A stretch of DNA of 64,000 nucleotides from an uncultured Muribaculaceae bacterium (GCA_964536025.1 CAZHXA010000002.1:14684-78683), one strand, 5' to 3'; shown: positions 28,468-38,181, counted from the first letter of the stretch. The notes: a model not told the origin generated them from the letters alone. Program-made: numbers and translations.

Positions 28468-29130
28468 ATGGGAAACATGAAAGATACTTACGAGTTTCTA
28501 AAAGGTCTGGCTGTAAACAATAAACGTGAATGGTTTAATGAAAGAAAGACAGAGTACCTTGAGCTGCGTAAATCGTGGGAAAGTGATATAGCACGTCTCA
28601 TTGGGCTAATGAGCGAATATGATGATTCGTTGAAGGGACTGCGTGTTAATGATTGTGCCTATCGCATATACAGAGATATAAGATTCAGTGCCGATAAAAG
28701 TCCTTATAAAACTTATTTTTCGGCTGTATTTGGTCGAAAAGGCAGGAAATGTGTGCAAGCTGCTTGTTATTTGCACATGGAACCGGGAAATTCGGCTTTG
28801 CATGCCGGTATTTGGTGGCCCGAGAGTAGTATTTTATCTCGTCTTCGCAGCGAAATAGATGCAAATATAGAAGAATTTAGGTCTATTCTTGAAAATCCCG
28901 ATTTTTCATCACGCTTTACGTTTTATGGCGATAAATTGAAGGTTGTGCCACGAGGCTACAGTAAGGATAACCCTAATGCCGAATATATAAAAATGAAAGA
29001 ATATTTGTGTAAAAAAGAGGTTCCCGACAGCTATTTCTTTTGTGAGAATTGGGTTGAAAAAGTGGCTGAAGATTTTACTTACGTTAAGGATTTTAACACA
29101 TTTCTTAATTATATCTTTAATGAGGACTAA
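28468..29130 (+). CDS. DUF2461 (TIGR02453) family protein
   Basis: Characteristic FL..L..NN.REWF, YRIYRDIRFS.DK.PYK and GIWWP segments. Confidence 0.75.
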   Translation: MGNMKDTYEFLKGLAVNNKREWFNERKTEYLELRKSWESDIARLIGLMSEYDDSLKGLRVNDCAYRIYRDIRFSADKSPYKTYFSAVFGRKGRKCVQAACYLHMEPGNSALHAGIWWPESSILSRLRSEIDANIEEFRSILENPDFSSRFTFYGDKLKVVPRGYSKDNPNAEYIKMKEYLCKKEVPDSYFFCENWVEKVAEDFTYVKDFNTFLNYIFNED

Positions 29131-29275
29131 ATGCCTTTATTAAGCACGTAATTGCAATATTTGTGAAAAACGTACCATGAGAATGACAAAAATGCCCAAA
29201 AATCGCACTTTTGTGCCAAAGGTTAAAGTGCGATTAAAAAAATGTTAAATACCATATATAAGAAAAACTTTACAA

Positions 29276-29283
29276 TAACTTTG
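29276..29283 (+). promoter_or_regulatory. -7 box TAACTTTG for the kor operon
   Basis: Exact match 25 nt upstream of the ATG at 29309. Confidence 0.5.
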
Positions 29284-29308
29284 TGTAGTATAATATTAGA
29301 AAAAAGTT

Positions 29309-29539
29309 ATGGCGAAAATAAGAGGTGCAGTGGTAGTGGATGTGGAACGTTGCAAGGGTTGTGACCTGTGTCGCGTTGCTTGTCCGCTTGATGTTCTTGA
29401 ATTGCAACCGAGAGAAGTGAATAATCGCGGTTATCATTTCGCTTACATGAAAAATCCTGAAAAATGTATTGGATGCCAAAGCTGTGCTTTGGTTTGCCCC
29501 GATGGTTGTATTACTGTGTATAGGGCACAGGAAACTTAA
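29309..29539 (+). CDS. korD: 2-oxoacid:ferredoxin oxidoreductase delta subunit (2x[4Fe-4S] ferredoxin)
   Basis: 76 aa with two CxxCxxCxxxCP motifs. Confidence 0.8.
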   Translation: MAKIRGAVVVDVERCKGCDLCRVACPLDVLELQPREVNNRGYHFAYMKNPEKCIGCQSCALVCPDGCITVYRAQET

Positions 29540-29552
29540 AATCATAATCATT

Positions 29553-30632
29553 ATGGAATCGGAAATAAGATTGATGAAAGGCAATGAGGCTTTGGCTCAT
29601 GCTATGATAAGATATGGAGCCGATGGATATTTCGGCTATCCTATTACGCCGCAATCGGAAGTTCTTGAAACTCTTGAATCTGAAATGCCATGGGAAACTA
29701 CCGGTATGGTGGTTTTGCAAGCTGAAAGTGAAGTTGCGGCTATAAATATGGTATATGCCGGTGCCGGTTGTGGCAAGGTGGTGTGTACATCTTCGTCAAG
29801 TCCGGGAGTGAGCCTTATGCAAGAAGGTATTTCCTATATAGCGGCGTCAGAACTTCCTGCATTGATTATTAATTGTATGCGTGGAGGTCCGGGACTTGGC
29901 ACCATTCAGCCATCGCAAGCCGATTATTTTCAAACTACCAAAGGCGGCGGTCATGGCGATTATCGATTGATAACTCTTGCTCCATCGGGTGTGCAAGAAA
30001 TGTGTGATTTTGTGGCTTTGGCTTGGGACCTTGCTTTTAAATATCGCACTCCGGCAATGATTCTTGCCGATGGCATAGTGGGGCAGATGATGGAAAAAGT
30101 GGTTCTCCCCGAACAACGTGCAAGACGCACCGAAGAACAAGTGCGTGAGCAATGTCCGTGGGCTGTAACAGGTAAGAAAGGCAGAAAACGCAATGTTATT
30201 ACATCGCTCGAACTTGAAGCTCCTGCAATGGAAGCTATCAATCAGCGAATACAAGCCAAATATCAAAAAATAGAAGCTAATGAAGTGAGATGTGAGTCTC
30301 AAGATACCGAAGATTGCGATTATTTGATAGTTGCATTCGGCAGTGTGGCTCGTATATGCGAAAAAGTGAAAGAACTTGCTCGTGAAGAAGGCTTGAAGGT
30401 GGGTTTGTTACGTCCTATTACTTTGTGGCCATTCCCTTCTAAAGCAATAGATGTAGCTGCTAAAAATGCAAAAGGTATTCTTGTTGTAGAACTTAGTGCA
30501 GGTCAAATGGTTGAAGATGTAAAACTTGCCGTAAATTGCAGGGTGGATGTGCGACATTATGGACGTTATGGCGGTGTAATACCTAATCCAGACGAAGTGT
30601 TGGGCGTTTTGAAAGAAAGTTTTGTGAAATAA
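29553..30632 (+). CDS. korA: 2-oxoglutarate/2-oxoacid:ferredoxin oxidoreductase alpha subunit
   Basis: Start re-called to the ATG at 29553 (MESEIRLMKGNEA); the upstream part of the track ORF overlaps korD. Has a POR N-terminal domain. Confidence 0.9.
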   Translation: MESEIRLMKGNEALAHAMIRYGADGYFGYPITPQSEVLETLESEMPWETTGMVVLQAESEVAAINMVYAGAGCGKVVCTSSSSPGVSLMQEGISYIAASELPALIINCMRGGPGLGTIQPSQADYFQTTKGGGHGDYRLITLAPSGVQEMCDFVALAWDLAFKYRTPAMILADGIVGQMMEKVVLPEQRARRTEEQVREQCPWAVTGKKGRKRNVITSLELEAPAMEAINQRIQAKYQKIEANEVRCESQDTEDCDYLIVAFGSVARICEKVKELAREEGLKVGLLRPITLWPFPSKAIDVAAKNAKGILVVELSAGQMVEDVKLAVNCRVDVRHYGRYGGVIPNPDEVLGVLKESFVK

Positions 30633-30648
30633 AAGAGAGAAAGACGTT

Positions 30649-31410
30649 ATGAAACCTGAAGATATTATAAAACCGGAGAATTGCGTTTATAAGAAACCCG
30701 CTCTCTTGAACGATAATCACATGCATTATTGTCCTGGCTGTAGCCATGGAGTAGTACATAAGCTCATAGCTGAGGTTATAGAGGAAATGGGCATGGAAGA
30801 AAGCACTATCGGTGTTTGTCCTGTGGGGTGTGCCGTGTTTGCTTACAATTATATAGATGTTGATTGGGTGGAAGCTGCTCATGGTAGAGCTCCTGCGGTG
30901 GCTACTGCAGTTAAACGTCTTACTCCGCACAATTTGGTGTTTACTTATCAAGGTGACGGGGACCTTGCTGCGATAGGAACAGCCGAAACCATTCATGCAG
31001 CAAATAGAGGGGAAAATATTGCCATTATTTTCATAAATAATGGAATTTATGGTATGACAGGCGGGCAAATGGCTCCTACAACACTGCTCGGCATGAAAAC
31101 GGCAACAACGCCTTATGGTCGCAGGGTGGACTTAAATGGGCATCCTTTGGCTATTGCTCCGTTGCTTGCGCAACTCGATGGAACATGCTATGTAACGCGT
31201 AGAAGTGTTCATACACCGGCTGAAGTGCGTAAAACAAAGGCTGCAATACGTAAGGCTTTTGAAAACAGTATGGCAGGAAAAGGTACTTCGCTTGTAGAAA
31301 TAGTAAGTACTTGCAATTCGGGTTGGAAACTTACGCCTGTTCAAGCAAATGAATGGATGAAAGAACACATGTTCAAAAAATATCCGCTCGGAGACTTGAA
31401 AAACGAATAA
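30649..31410 (+). CDS. korB: 2-oxoacid:ferredoxin oxidoreductase beta subunit (TPP-binding)
   Basis: CPGCSHG plus the GDGD...NN TPP-binding motif. Confidence 0.9.
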   Translation: MKPEDIIKPENCVYKKPALLNDNHMHYCPGCSHGVVHKLIAEVIEEMGMEESTIGVCPVGCAVFAYNYIDVDWVEAAHGRAPAVATAVKRLTPHNLVFTYQGDGDLAAIGTAETIHAANRGENIAIIFINNGIYGMTGGQMAPTTLLGMKTATTPYGRRVDLNGHPLAIAPLLAQLDGTCYVTRRSVHTPAEVRKTKAAIRKAFENSMAGKGTSLVEIVSTCNSGWKLTPVQANEWMKEHMFKKYPLGDLKNE

Positions 31411-31423
31411 AATCGTAGAATTT

Positions 31424-31963
31424 ATGAAAGAAGAAATAATTATAGCCGGTTTTGGCGGTCAAGGAGTTTTGTCAATGGGTAAAATACTTGCTTATTCCGG
31501 ACTTATGGAAGATAAGGAAGTAACTTGGTTGCCTTCTTATGGTCCTGAACAGCGTGGTGGAACAGCAAATGTAACCGTTATTTTAAGCGATGAGCGAATA
31601 AGCTCGCCTATTCTTGATTGCTATGATGTGGCTGTGGTACTTAATCAGCAGAGTCTTGATAAATTTGAGTCAAAGGTTAAGCCCGGAGGCATTCTTATTT
31701 ACGATAGCTATGGAATAAATCGCGTGCCGGAAAGAACCGATATAAATGTGTATCGTGTAGATGCAATGGATGCTACCTTTGAAATGCAAAATGCTAAAGC
31801 GTTTAATATGCTTGTGCTTGGAGCGTTGCTTAAGGTTAAGCCTATGGTTGCTATAGAAAGTGTGTTGAAAGGCTTGAAAAAAACATTGCCTGAGCGTCAT
31901 CACAGTTTGATACCTTTAAATGAAGAGGCTTTGAGAAAAGGTATGGAACTCGTGAAAAAATGA
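31424..31963 (+). CDS. korC: 2-oxoacid:ferredoxin oxidoreductase gamma subunit
   Basis: N-terminal GFGGQGV..., SYGPEQRGG motif, 179 aa. Confidence 0.9.
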   Translation: MKEEIIIAGFGGQGVLSMGKILAYSGLMEDKEVTWLPSYGPEQRGGTANVTVILSDERISSPILDCYDVAVVLNQQSLDKFESKVKPGGILIYDSYGINRVPERTDINVYRVDAMDATFEMQNAKAFNMLVLGALLKVKPMVAIESVLKGLKKTLPERHHSLIPLNEEALRKGMELVKK

Positions 31964-31994
31964 AATTTTAGGATTATTCGTATTTGAAATAAAC

Positions 31995-32026
31995 AAAAAG
32001 AGCTTTCTATAAGAAAGCTCTTTTTT
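31995..32026. terminator. bidirectional terminator between korC and the GGGtGRT gene
   Basis: AAAGAGCTTTCT-ATA-AGAAAGCTCTTT, flanked by an A run and a T run. Confidence 0.8.
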
Positions 32027-32051
32027 AATTTATTGGGTTATGTGGGTGATA

Positions 32052-33062
32052 TTATTTGCTAAGAGCAGTAGCAACGTCAACTGCACAAGCAACAGTACAA
32101 CCTACCATAGGGTTGTTACCAATACCTAAGAATCCCATCATTTCAACGTGTGCCGGAACTGAAGAAGAACCTGCGAATTGAGCATCAGAGTGCATACGAC
32201 CCAATGTGTCGGTCATGCCATAAGAAGCAGGACCAGCAGCCATGTTGTCTGGGTGCAATGTACGACCTGTACCACCACCAGAAGCTACTGAGAAGTATGG
32301 CTTACCTGCAAGTACGCGTTCTTTCTTGTAAGTACCTGCTACCGGGTGTTGGAAACGAGTTGGGTTGGTAGAGTTACCTGTGATAGAAACGTCAACACCT
32401 TCATGCCACATGATTTTCACACCTTCGCGAACATCGTCGGCACCGTAGCACTTAACTTTAGCACGAGGACCGTTAGAGTATGGAGTTTCTTTAACTATTT
32501 TCAATTCACCTGTAGCGTAGTCAAATTCAGTTTGTACATAAGTAAAACCGTTGATACGAGAGATAATCATAGCAGCGTCTTTACCAAGACCGTTAAGGAT
32601 TACGCGTAGAGGTTCTTTACGTACTTTGTCAGCTTTAGCTGCAATTTTGATAGCACCTTCAGCAGCTGCGAAAGATTCGTGACCAGCCAAGAAAGCGAAA
32701 CATTTAGTTTCTTCACGAAGAAGACGTGCAGCAAGGTTACCGTGTCCAAGACCTACAAGACGATCGTCGGCAACAGAACCAGGGATACAGAATGCTTGAA
32801 GACCGATACCGATAGCTTCAGCAGCTTCAGCAGCGTTTTTACAACCTTTTTTCAATGCAATAGCACAACCTACAACGTAAGCCCATTTTGCGTTTTCAAA
32901 ACAGATAGGTTGAGTTTCTTCACAAGCCTTATAAGGATCAATACCGTAAGATTCGCAGATAGCGTTAGCTTCTTCAATATCTTTAATGCCGTTTTCGTTC
33001 AAAGCAGCAAGAATTTGCTTTATACGACGGTCTTGACTTTCAAATTTTACTTCTCTAATCAT
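32052..33062 (-). CDS. GGGtGRT family protein (uncharacterised)
   Basis: 336 aa. Contains the eponymous motif SGGGTGRTLHPDN. Confidence 0.85.
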   Translation of the reverse strand: MIREVKFESQDRRIKQILAALNENGIKDIEEANAICESYGIDPYKACEETQPICFENAKWAYVVGCAIALKKGCKNAAEAAEAIGIGLQAFCIPGSVADDRLVGLGHGNLAARLLREETKCFAFLAGHESFAAAEGAIKIAAKADKVRKEPLRVILNGLGKDAAMIISRINGFTYVQTEFDYATGELKIVKETPYSNGPRAKVKCYGADDVREGVKIMWHEGVDVSITGNSTNPTRFQHPVAGTYKKERVLAGKPYFSVASGGGTGRTLHPDNMAAGPASYGMTDTLGRMHSDAQFAGSSSVPAHVEMMGFLGIGNNPMVGCTVACAVDVATALSK

Positions 33063-33080
33063 AGTTGTATATCCTCCTTA

Positions 33081-33773
33081 TTATTCTTTACGTGGGTCAA
33101 TATATTTAGCAGCTTCTTCAAAACGTCCGTAGTGACCTTTAGCTTGTTGTAGAGCTTCTTCAGCAGGAACGCCTTTCTTCAAGAAGTCGGTGAATTTACC
33201 TAAGTGAAGGAATTCGTAACCGATAACTTGATTATCTTCGTCAAGAGCCATGCGAGTGCAATATCCTTCAGCCATTTCAAGGTAACGAGGACCTTTAGCA
33301 AGAGTTCCGAACATTGTACCAACTTGGCTACGCAAACCTTTACCAAGGTCTTCAAGAGATGCTCCTACTACAAGACCGCCTTCAGAGAAAGCAGATTGAG
33401 TACGACCATAAACGATTTGCAAGAACAATTCACGCATTGCAGTGTTGATAGCATCACACACAAGGTCGGTGTTCAATGCTTCAAGCAAAGTTTTGCCAGG
33501 AAGAATTTCACTTGCCATAGCAGCAGAGTGAGTCATACCTGAACATCCGATTGTTTCAACCAATGCTTCTTGAATAATACCTTCTTTTACGTTAAGAGTC
33601 AATTTACATGCACCTTGTTGTGGGGCACACCAACCGATACCGTGAGTAAGACCTGAAATGTCTTTGATTTCTTTTGATCTAACCCATTTTCCTTCTTCAG
33701 GAATTGGAGCAGAAGGGTGGTTTGCACCTTTCTTTACGCAGCACATTTCTTGTACTTCATGTGAATAAACCAT
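33081..33773 (-). CDS. NifU/IscU-like Fe-S cluster scaffold-domain protein with C-terminal extension
   Basis: IGCSGMTHSAAMASEILPGKTLLEA aligns with the IscU GCGSAIASSS...GK.L.EA segment, and additional Cys residues sit at IscU-like positions. The gene lies 18 nt upstream of the GGGtGRT gene. Confidence 0.75.
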   Translation of the reverse strand: MVYSHEVQEMCCVKKGANHPSAPIPEEGKWVRSKEIKDISGLTHGIGWCAPQQGACKLTLNVKEGIIQEALVETIGCSGMTHSAAMASEILPGKTLLEALNTDLVCDAINTAMRELFLQIVYGRTQSAFSEGGLVVGASLEDLGKGLRSQVGTMFGTLAKGPRYLEMAEGYCTRMALDEDNQVIGYEFLHLGKFTDFLKKGVPAEEALQQAKGHYGRFEEAAKYIDPRKE

Positions 33774-33880
33774 AATTGTTTTAATTTTGAAATGTTATAG
33801 TTTGTTTTCTGTTTTTCTTGATTTATGGTGATTGAAATGCTTTTTGAACATTTTACACCATATTCTGTGTAAAATTACAT

Positions 33881-33919
33881 AAAAAAAGCTCATTTCACAA
33901 TAAGAAACGGGCTTTTTTT
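33881..33919. terminator. bidirectional-type hairpin downstream of the lipoprotein gene
   Basis: AGCTCATTTC-ACAATAA-GAAACGGGCT, flanked by A7 and T7. Confidence 0.55.
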
Positions 33920-33989
33920 AGTTTTTTTGTTATTCAACCTGATATTTTATTTGTTTTCATACTATTTTAGGGCTGTTTTTGTTGACGTA

Positions 33990-34457
33990 TCAATGCTTTT
34001 GGCGTACGTATTTTTTAGTGCCTTGATGCTTATTGTTCAATTGAAGCGAATCACTTGTGAGTGATACGATACCCCATGTTACGGTATCTTGTATTTCGGG
34101 GTCTATTGCACTTTGTGAAATCATGGTCAACGTGTCGCCTTCTTGGTCCCAAAGTTGATATATCATGGTGGTTACGGTAATCGAATCGGTTGAATTATTG
34201 TTTTCAACTCTTTTCTTTTCTTTTTTCACCACCGGAGTTCCTTCCATTGTGTAATCACGATTGAATTTTACCTTTTTAGCCGGTTGTGTGGCTTCACTGC
34301 TTCCCGTTTGTGGAACTTCAACCCATTCGCCAATAATTTCTATGAGTGTGTCATTTGCCAAAGAATCTTCGTTGGCAAATAGACCTTTAGAACTTTTGGA
34401 ATTTCCACATGAAACTAAAAATCCTAAAGCAATTGCGAAAAACATTAACTTTTTCAT
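33990..34457 (-). CDS. lipoprotein, function unknown
   Basis: Start re-called to the ATG at 34457. Lipobox MKKLMFFAIALGFLVSC. Confidence 0.6.
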   Translation of the reverse strand: MKKLMFFAIALGFLVSCGNSKSSKGLFANEDSLANDTLIEIIGEWVEVPQTGSSEATQPAKKVKFNRDYTMEGTPVVKKEKKRVENNNSTDSITVTTMIYQLWDQEGDTLTMISQSAIDPEIQDTVTWGIVSLTSDSLQLNNKHQGTKKYVRQKH

Positions 34458-34552
34458 ACGTTTCAACTTTTGTTTAGATTATTAACTGCTTTAATAACAA
34501 AGATTGGCGAAGAAAGTTTATCATCTATGTGTGGAAAAAGTGAAGGAATTAG

Positions 34553-34840
34553 CTAAAAAGACAATCGGTATTGCAATCCATCTCTTTGTGGCTCTGCCTC
34601 AATGTGACTTTTTGCTTTGTTGTTAATATTTAGTAGCATGCTTATACTCCATCCTTGAGATTGATTGCGTACGTTTAATTGTGCAAGTCCGTGAAAATCT
34701 CCGCAATTGAGGCACATGAGTTGTACTATTTCGTTTAATTCCGAAAAATTTCGGCTTACGATGGATTTTAATGTCTTTCCTCTTGATACAAGAGTTGCAA
34801 AAACATTATCTTCCTTTGTCATTGTTCTTACATCAGCCAT
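34553..34840 (-). CDS. hypothetical protein (95 aa)
   Basis: ATG-initiated ORF in an otherwise empty gap. No family recognised. Confidence 0.4.
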   Translation of the reverse strand: MADVRTMTKEDNVFATLVSRGKTLKSIVSRNFSELNEIVQLMCLNCGDFHGLAQLNVRNQSQGWSISMLLNINNKAKSHIEAEPQRDGLQYRLSF

Positions 34841-34985
34841 AATGTTATATTTAAAATTTGACGTTACAAAGTTTCTATTTAGTTGTGCTATTTTATTTCC
34901 TATCTGATGTAATAAGTGTTAAATGAACAAAAATGCGTGTGGATGTGTCTAAATATTTAGGTGAAATTAATTTTTGGGAATAAAA

Positions 34986-35702
34986 ATGAAATTTTTCAGT
35001 GTATTAGCGTTGTATGTTTTCGCGTGTGTGGGTGTGGTGCAGGGGCAAGATAATTTTATTCTAAGTGATGTGTTTGGTAATGACAGTTGTTTTTATTGTC
35101 GTGCCGAATTATCGGTTTCTTTATTGAATAAAGAACAGTTGTTTACTGCTGAAGTCTTTTCAGCAGTGGAGAAAGATAATGATTTATGGTATTATGTTGA
35201 GGTAATTGGAGAAAACGGTGATAAGCGGGTATCTTCTTATTATAATGGAATTTTTATTTCGCTTGTAAATAATAGAAAAAGAGTGTATGATGTGACCGAA
35301 GATTCGTTATTGTTCAAAGAAAAAACTGTAAGAGGAAAAATTATGAAAGGAATACACAAATCGGGTGTTCCGGCTTTGCTTGTTCCTTTACTTGTTAAAG
35401 AAACGGTAAATGACTTGTTGATGTCTAAAGGTGCGTGCGTTGTAGTATCTGGCGATTCGGTATTAAATGATAATCGACCTATAAGAGTGGTAAATTTGAA
35501 AGAAATTCTTAATAATAATATTGCAAGTGAGGTGGTGCTCTTGGTGGAGGAAACAACCAAAAGACCTGTATATTATAAGTTTATTACTAATCCGGGAATA
35601 CTGGGAGAGATTGTTTCTGAAATCAAATTTAGAACTGTTTGTAATGATTGTGATGTAAAAAAGGAACTTGTAAAATGCTTTAAATCTTTACTGAACGAAT
35701 GA
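34986..35702 (+). CDS. secreted hypothetical protein
   Basis: Start re-called to the ATG at 34986. Signal peptide MKFFSVLALYVFACVGVVQG. No family recognised. Confidence 0.55.
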   Translation: MKFFSVLALYVFACVGVVQGQDNFILSDVFGNDSCFYCRAELSVSLLNKEQLFTAEVFSAVEKDNDLWYYVEVIGENGDKRVSSYYNGIFISLVNNRKRVYDVTEDSLLFKEKTVRGKIMKGIHKSGVPALLVPLLVKETVNDLLMSKGACVVVSGDSVLNDNRPIRVVNLKEILNNNIASEVVLLVEETTKRPVYYKFITNPGILGEIVSEIKFRTVCNDCDVKKELVKCFKSLLNE

Positions 35703-36306
35703 AAAACAGTAATTGGGAAATATAATAAGGAATCATTATCAAATAAGTGGAATAGGGGAGATGAGATACGTAGTGATTCCATCCTAAAATCATGTCGGAC
35801 AATACAAACAAGCATGCACCTATTGCATAGGTTACGTCTTTTTGAAGTATAGCACACCATAACATAGTGGATATTATGATGGCGTAAATTGTTGCTCCGT
35901 TTCGCATCATTCCGGCTTGCACTTCGGGTATTATAAAATACAACGCAAATACACAAATACATATAACGATGACTGTTGTAAGCAGAATGTTTTTCACCGA
36001 AGTCATTCCATTAATATGGAAAAAACGCCTTATGAAGAACCATGTGAGAAATATATGTGTCAGAGCAAATGCACACATTTGCCATATGAAATTGCCTTGC
36101 GTTCCGGCTATATCTCCTACTGCTGAACATGCAATAGCCAGGGCAATTTGCCAAGGGGAAACCCATAGTGCCGATATTAGTAATGATGCTATGGGGATGG
36201 CTATGCTGTAAGGAATTTTTATACTGCTGAAATATAATATGCATAGAGCTACATAAATCAAAGAAACGGCTGTGAGTTTTATGTATGATGACGTTTGCTT
36301 AACCAT
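35680..36306 (-). CDS. YhhN-family (lysoplasmalogenase-like) membrane protein
   Basis: 208 aa, about 7 TM segments, SAVGDIAG and FVLSDMILGW segments like the YhhN/TMEM86 family. Confidence 0.6.
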   Translation of the reverse strand: MVKQTSSYIKLTAVSLIYVALCILYFSSIKIPYSIAIPIASLLISALWVSPWQIALAIACSAVGDIAGTQGNFIWQMCAFALTHIFLTWFFIRRFFHINGMTSVKNILLTTVIVICICVFALYFIIPEVQAGMMRNGATIYAIIISTMLWCAILQKDVTYAIGACLFVLSDMILGWNHYVSHLPYSTYLIMIPYYISQLLFFIRSVKI

Positions 36307-36393
36307 ATATGTTTTAAATTGTTCTGTTTGTTATTATATACAATGCTCTTGACAAATAGTTCTTTTAATTCAGTATTATTGCAATAAAATGAG

Positions 36394-36666
36394 CTACGGA
36401 TTATATAAATCGTGATTGAAAAAATCCATGATTTCAATTATGTGTTGATAAGCAATGCCTGCAGGGCTGTCGGGGTTAATTTCAATGGCTTTGCAATAGG
36501 CATTAATGGCTTCACGCCAATTGTTGTTTTTGCTATGTGCGTTGCCCAGTAGAAAATAAGCTTCGTCACTTGACTTGTTATTTTCTATTATAGAGTTTAA
36601 CTCGTTTATAGCCTGTTCAAAATTATTATTGCTTATTAATTCCCTTATGTTGTCAAGATTGTTCAT
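36394..36666 (-). CDS. small tetratricopeptide-repeat protein
   Basis: Start re-called to the ATG at 36666. TPR consensus (AYFLLGNAHSKNNNWREAINAYCKAIEINP). Confidence 0.65.
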   Translation of the reverse strand: MNNLDNIRELISNNNFEQAINELNSIIENNKSSDEAYFLLGNAHSKNNNWREAINAYCKAIEINPDSPAGIAYQHIIEIMDFFNHDLYNP

Positions 36667-36718
36667 AATTGTCAAATCAAGAGAATGTGTTATGTTTATT
36701 GCAATATCTCCTGTGATG

Positions 36719-37651
36719 TTAAAATGGTTTGCGATATTTGTCGGATGCTTCGTCTTCGAGGATATTCAAGTAACTTTGGTAGCGTGATTCGCTTATGTAG
36801 TGCTGTTGCACGGCATCGAGAACGGCACATCCTGGTTCATGTGTGTGTGTACAATTGTTGTATCGGCAATTTTCCGAGAACTTGAATATTTCTTTAAAAT
36901 AATGAGCAACTTCAGCTTTGTCAAAGTCAATAGTTCCAAATCCTTTAACTCCCGGCGTGTCGATTACGCATCCACCTTCAGGAAGCTCAAACATTTCGGA
37001 AAATGTAGTTGTGTGCATGCCGGTGTGATGTGTTTCCGATACGTTTCCTGTCTTTAAGTTTAAGTGTGGGAGTACGAGATTTATGATAGATGATTTTCCT
37101 ACGCCTGAATTTCCTGACAGGAGTGTGGTTTTACCTTGCAACGTTTCATATAGTTCCTCAAGCCCATCTCCATTAAGAGCATTCATCTTTATTACTTTGT
37201 ATCCTATCGTTTCATAAAGATTTTTTACACCTTCCAGATACTCTTGTTCGTCTTCATCGCACAATAAATCCACTTTGTTGATAACAATTGTTGCGTGAAC
37301 GTTGTAGGCTTCGGCAGTAGCAAGAAAACGGTCGATGAATGTGGTGTTTGTGACAGGCTCTTTTAGTGTAACAATAAGAAGGGCTTGATCGATATTGGCT
37401 GCAAGTATTTGTGATTCCTTTGACAAATTGGACGCACGTCTTATTATGTAATTGCGACGCTGCTCTATATCGGTAATATATGACGCACCATCTTTAATGG
37501 CAACTTCTACAAAGTCACCCACAGCCACAGGGTTGGTTGTGCGTATTCCTTTTAATCTGAAATTGCCTTTTATCTTACAATTCACAGATGTGCCGTCTTC
37601 CATTTTAACGACATACCAACTTCCGGTATTTTTTACTACGAGACCTTTCAT
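36719..37651 (-). CDS. rsgA: ribosome small-subunit-dependent GTPase A
   Basis: Start re-called to the ATG at 37651. N-terminal OB fold, circularly permuted GTPase (NKVDL ... GNSGVGKSS), and a C-terminal CxHxxExxC zinc knuckle. Confidence 0.9.
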   Translation of the reverse strand: MKGLVVKNTGSWYVVKMEDGTSVNCKIKGNFRLKGIRTTNPVAVGDFVEVAIKDGASYITDIEQRRNYIIRRASNLSKESQILAANIDQALLIVTLKEPVTNTTFIDRFLATAEAYNVHATIVINKVDLLCDEDEQEYLEGVKNLYETIGYKVIKMNALNGDGLEELYETLQGKTTLLSGNSGVGKSSIINLVLPHLNLKTGNVSETHHTGMHTTTFSEMFELPEGGCVIDTPGVKGFGTIDFDKAEVAHYFKEIFKFSENCRYNNCTHTHEPGCAVLDAVQQHYISESRYQSYLNILEDEASDKYRKPF

Positions 37652-37687
37652 TGACCACAAAGATAGCAAGAACTTGCGTAAAAACGT

Positions 37688-37695
37688 CAAAATTA
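37688..37695 (-). promoter_or_regulatory. -7 box TAATTTTG for rsgA
   Basis: CAAAATTA on the plus strand, 37 nt upstream of the ATG at 37651. Confidence 0.45.
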
Positions 37696-37737
37696 AGTCG
37701 AAAACTAAATGATTGTATGTAAAATTAAGTTCAAACA

Positions 37738-37770
37738 TTTGTTTTATTTTGTAAAAAACATGTACTTTTG
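37738..37770 (+). promoter_or_regulatory. promoter (TTTG-N21-TACTTTTG) for the wHTH gene
   Basis: TTTG at 37738..37741 and TACTTTTGCA at 37763..37772. Confidence 0.5.
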
Positions 37771-37812
37771 CACTTGTATTAGAAAAAACACTTTTTATAA
37801 TATTTAATTAAG

Positions 37813-38013
37813 ATGAATGTAGAAATTATTGGTGAATGGGCTGGTAAAGCATGGACAGCTCTAAATGAACAAGGATCCTTGAGTGTGAAGGGCTTGAAAA
37901 AAGTAACCAAACTTAAAGAAAAAGAGCTTTATGCAGCAATAGGTTGGTTGGCTCGCGAAGGTAAATTAAACATTAGCGAAGTTGAAGACGAAATTATAAT
38001 ATCATTGATTTGA
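37813..38013 (+). CDS. small winged-helix protein (DUF2582-like)
   Basis: 66 aa. The pattern AG.W..L...G.LS...L ... A.GWLAREGK is typical of this family. Confidence 0.6.
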   Translation: MNVEIIGEWAGKAWTALNEQGSLSVKGLKKVTKLKEKELYAAIGWLAREGKLNISEVEDEIIISLI

Positions 38014-38049
38014 TGTAATTTCATTTGATTATTGTTGAGCATTATAGAA

Positions 38050-38085
38050 AGAATGGGAAGTGTGTTATTGCTTTCCATTCTTTTT
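38050..38085 (+). terminator. rho-independent terminator
   Basis: AGAATGGGAAG-N10-CTTTCCATTCT followed by T5. Confidence 0.75.
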
Positions 38086-38181
38086 AGTTATATGTTATCT
38101 TTAATAGAGCAAAAAGATAGGTGAAGTTTTTTAAATCCATGTAAAAATGGACGTAAATACAAAAATATTCCAATTAAATTG

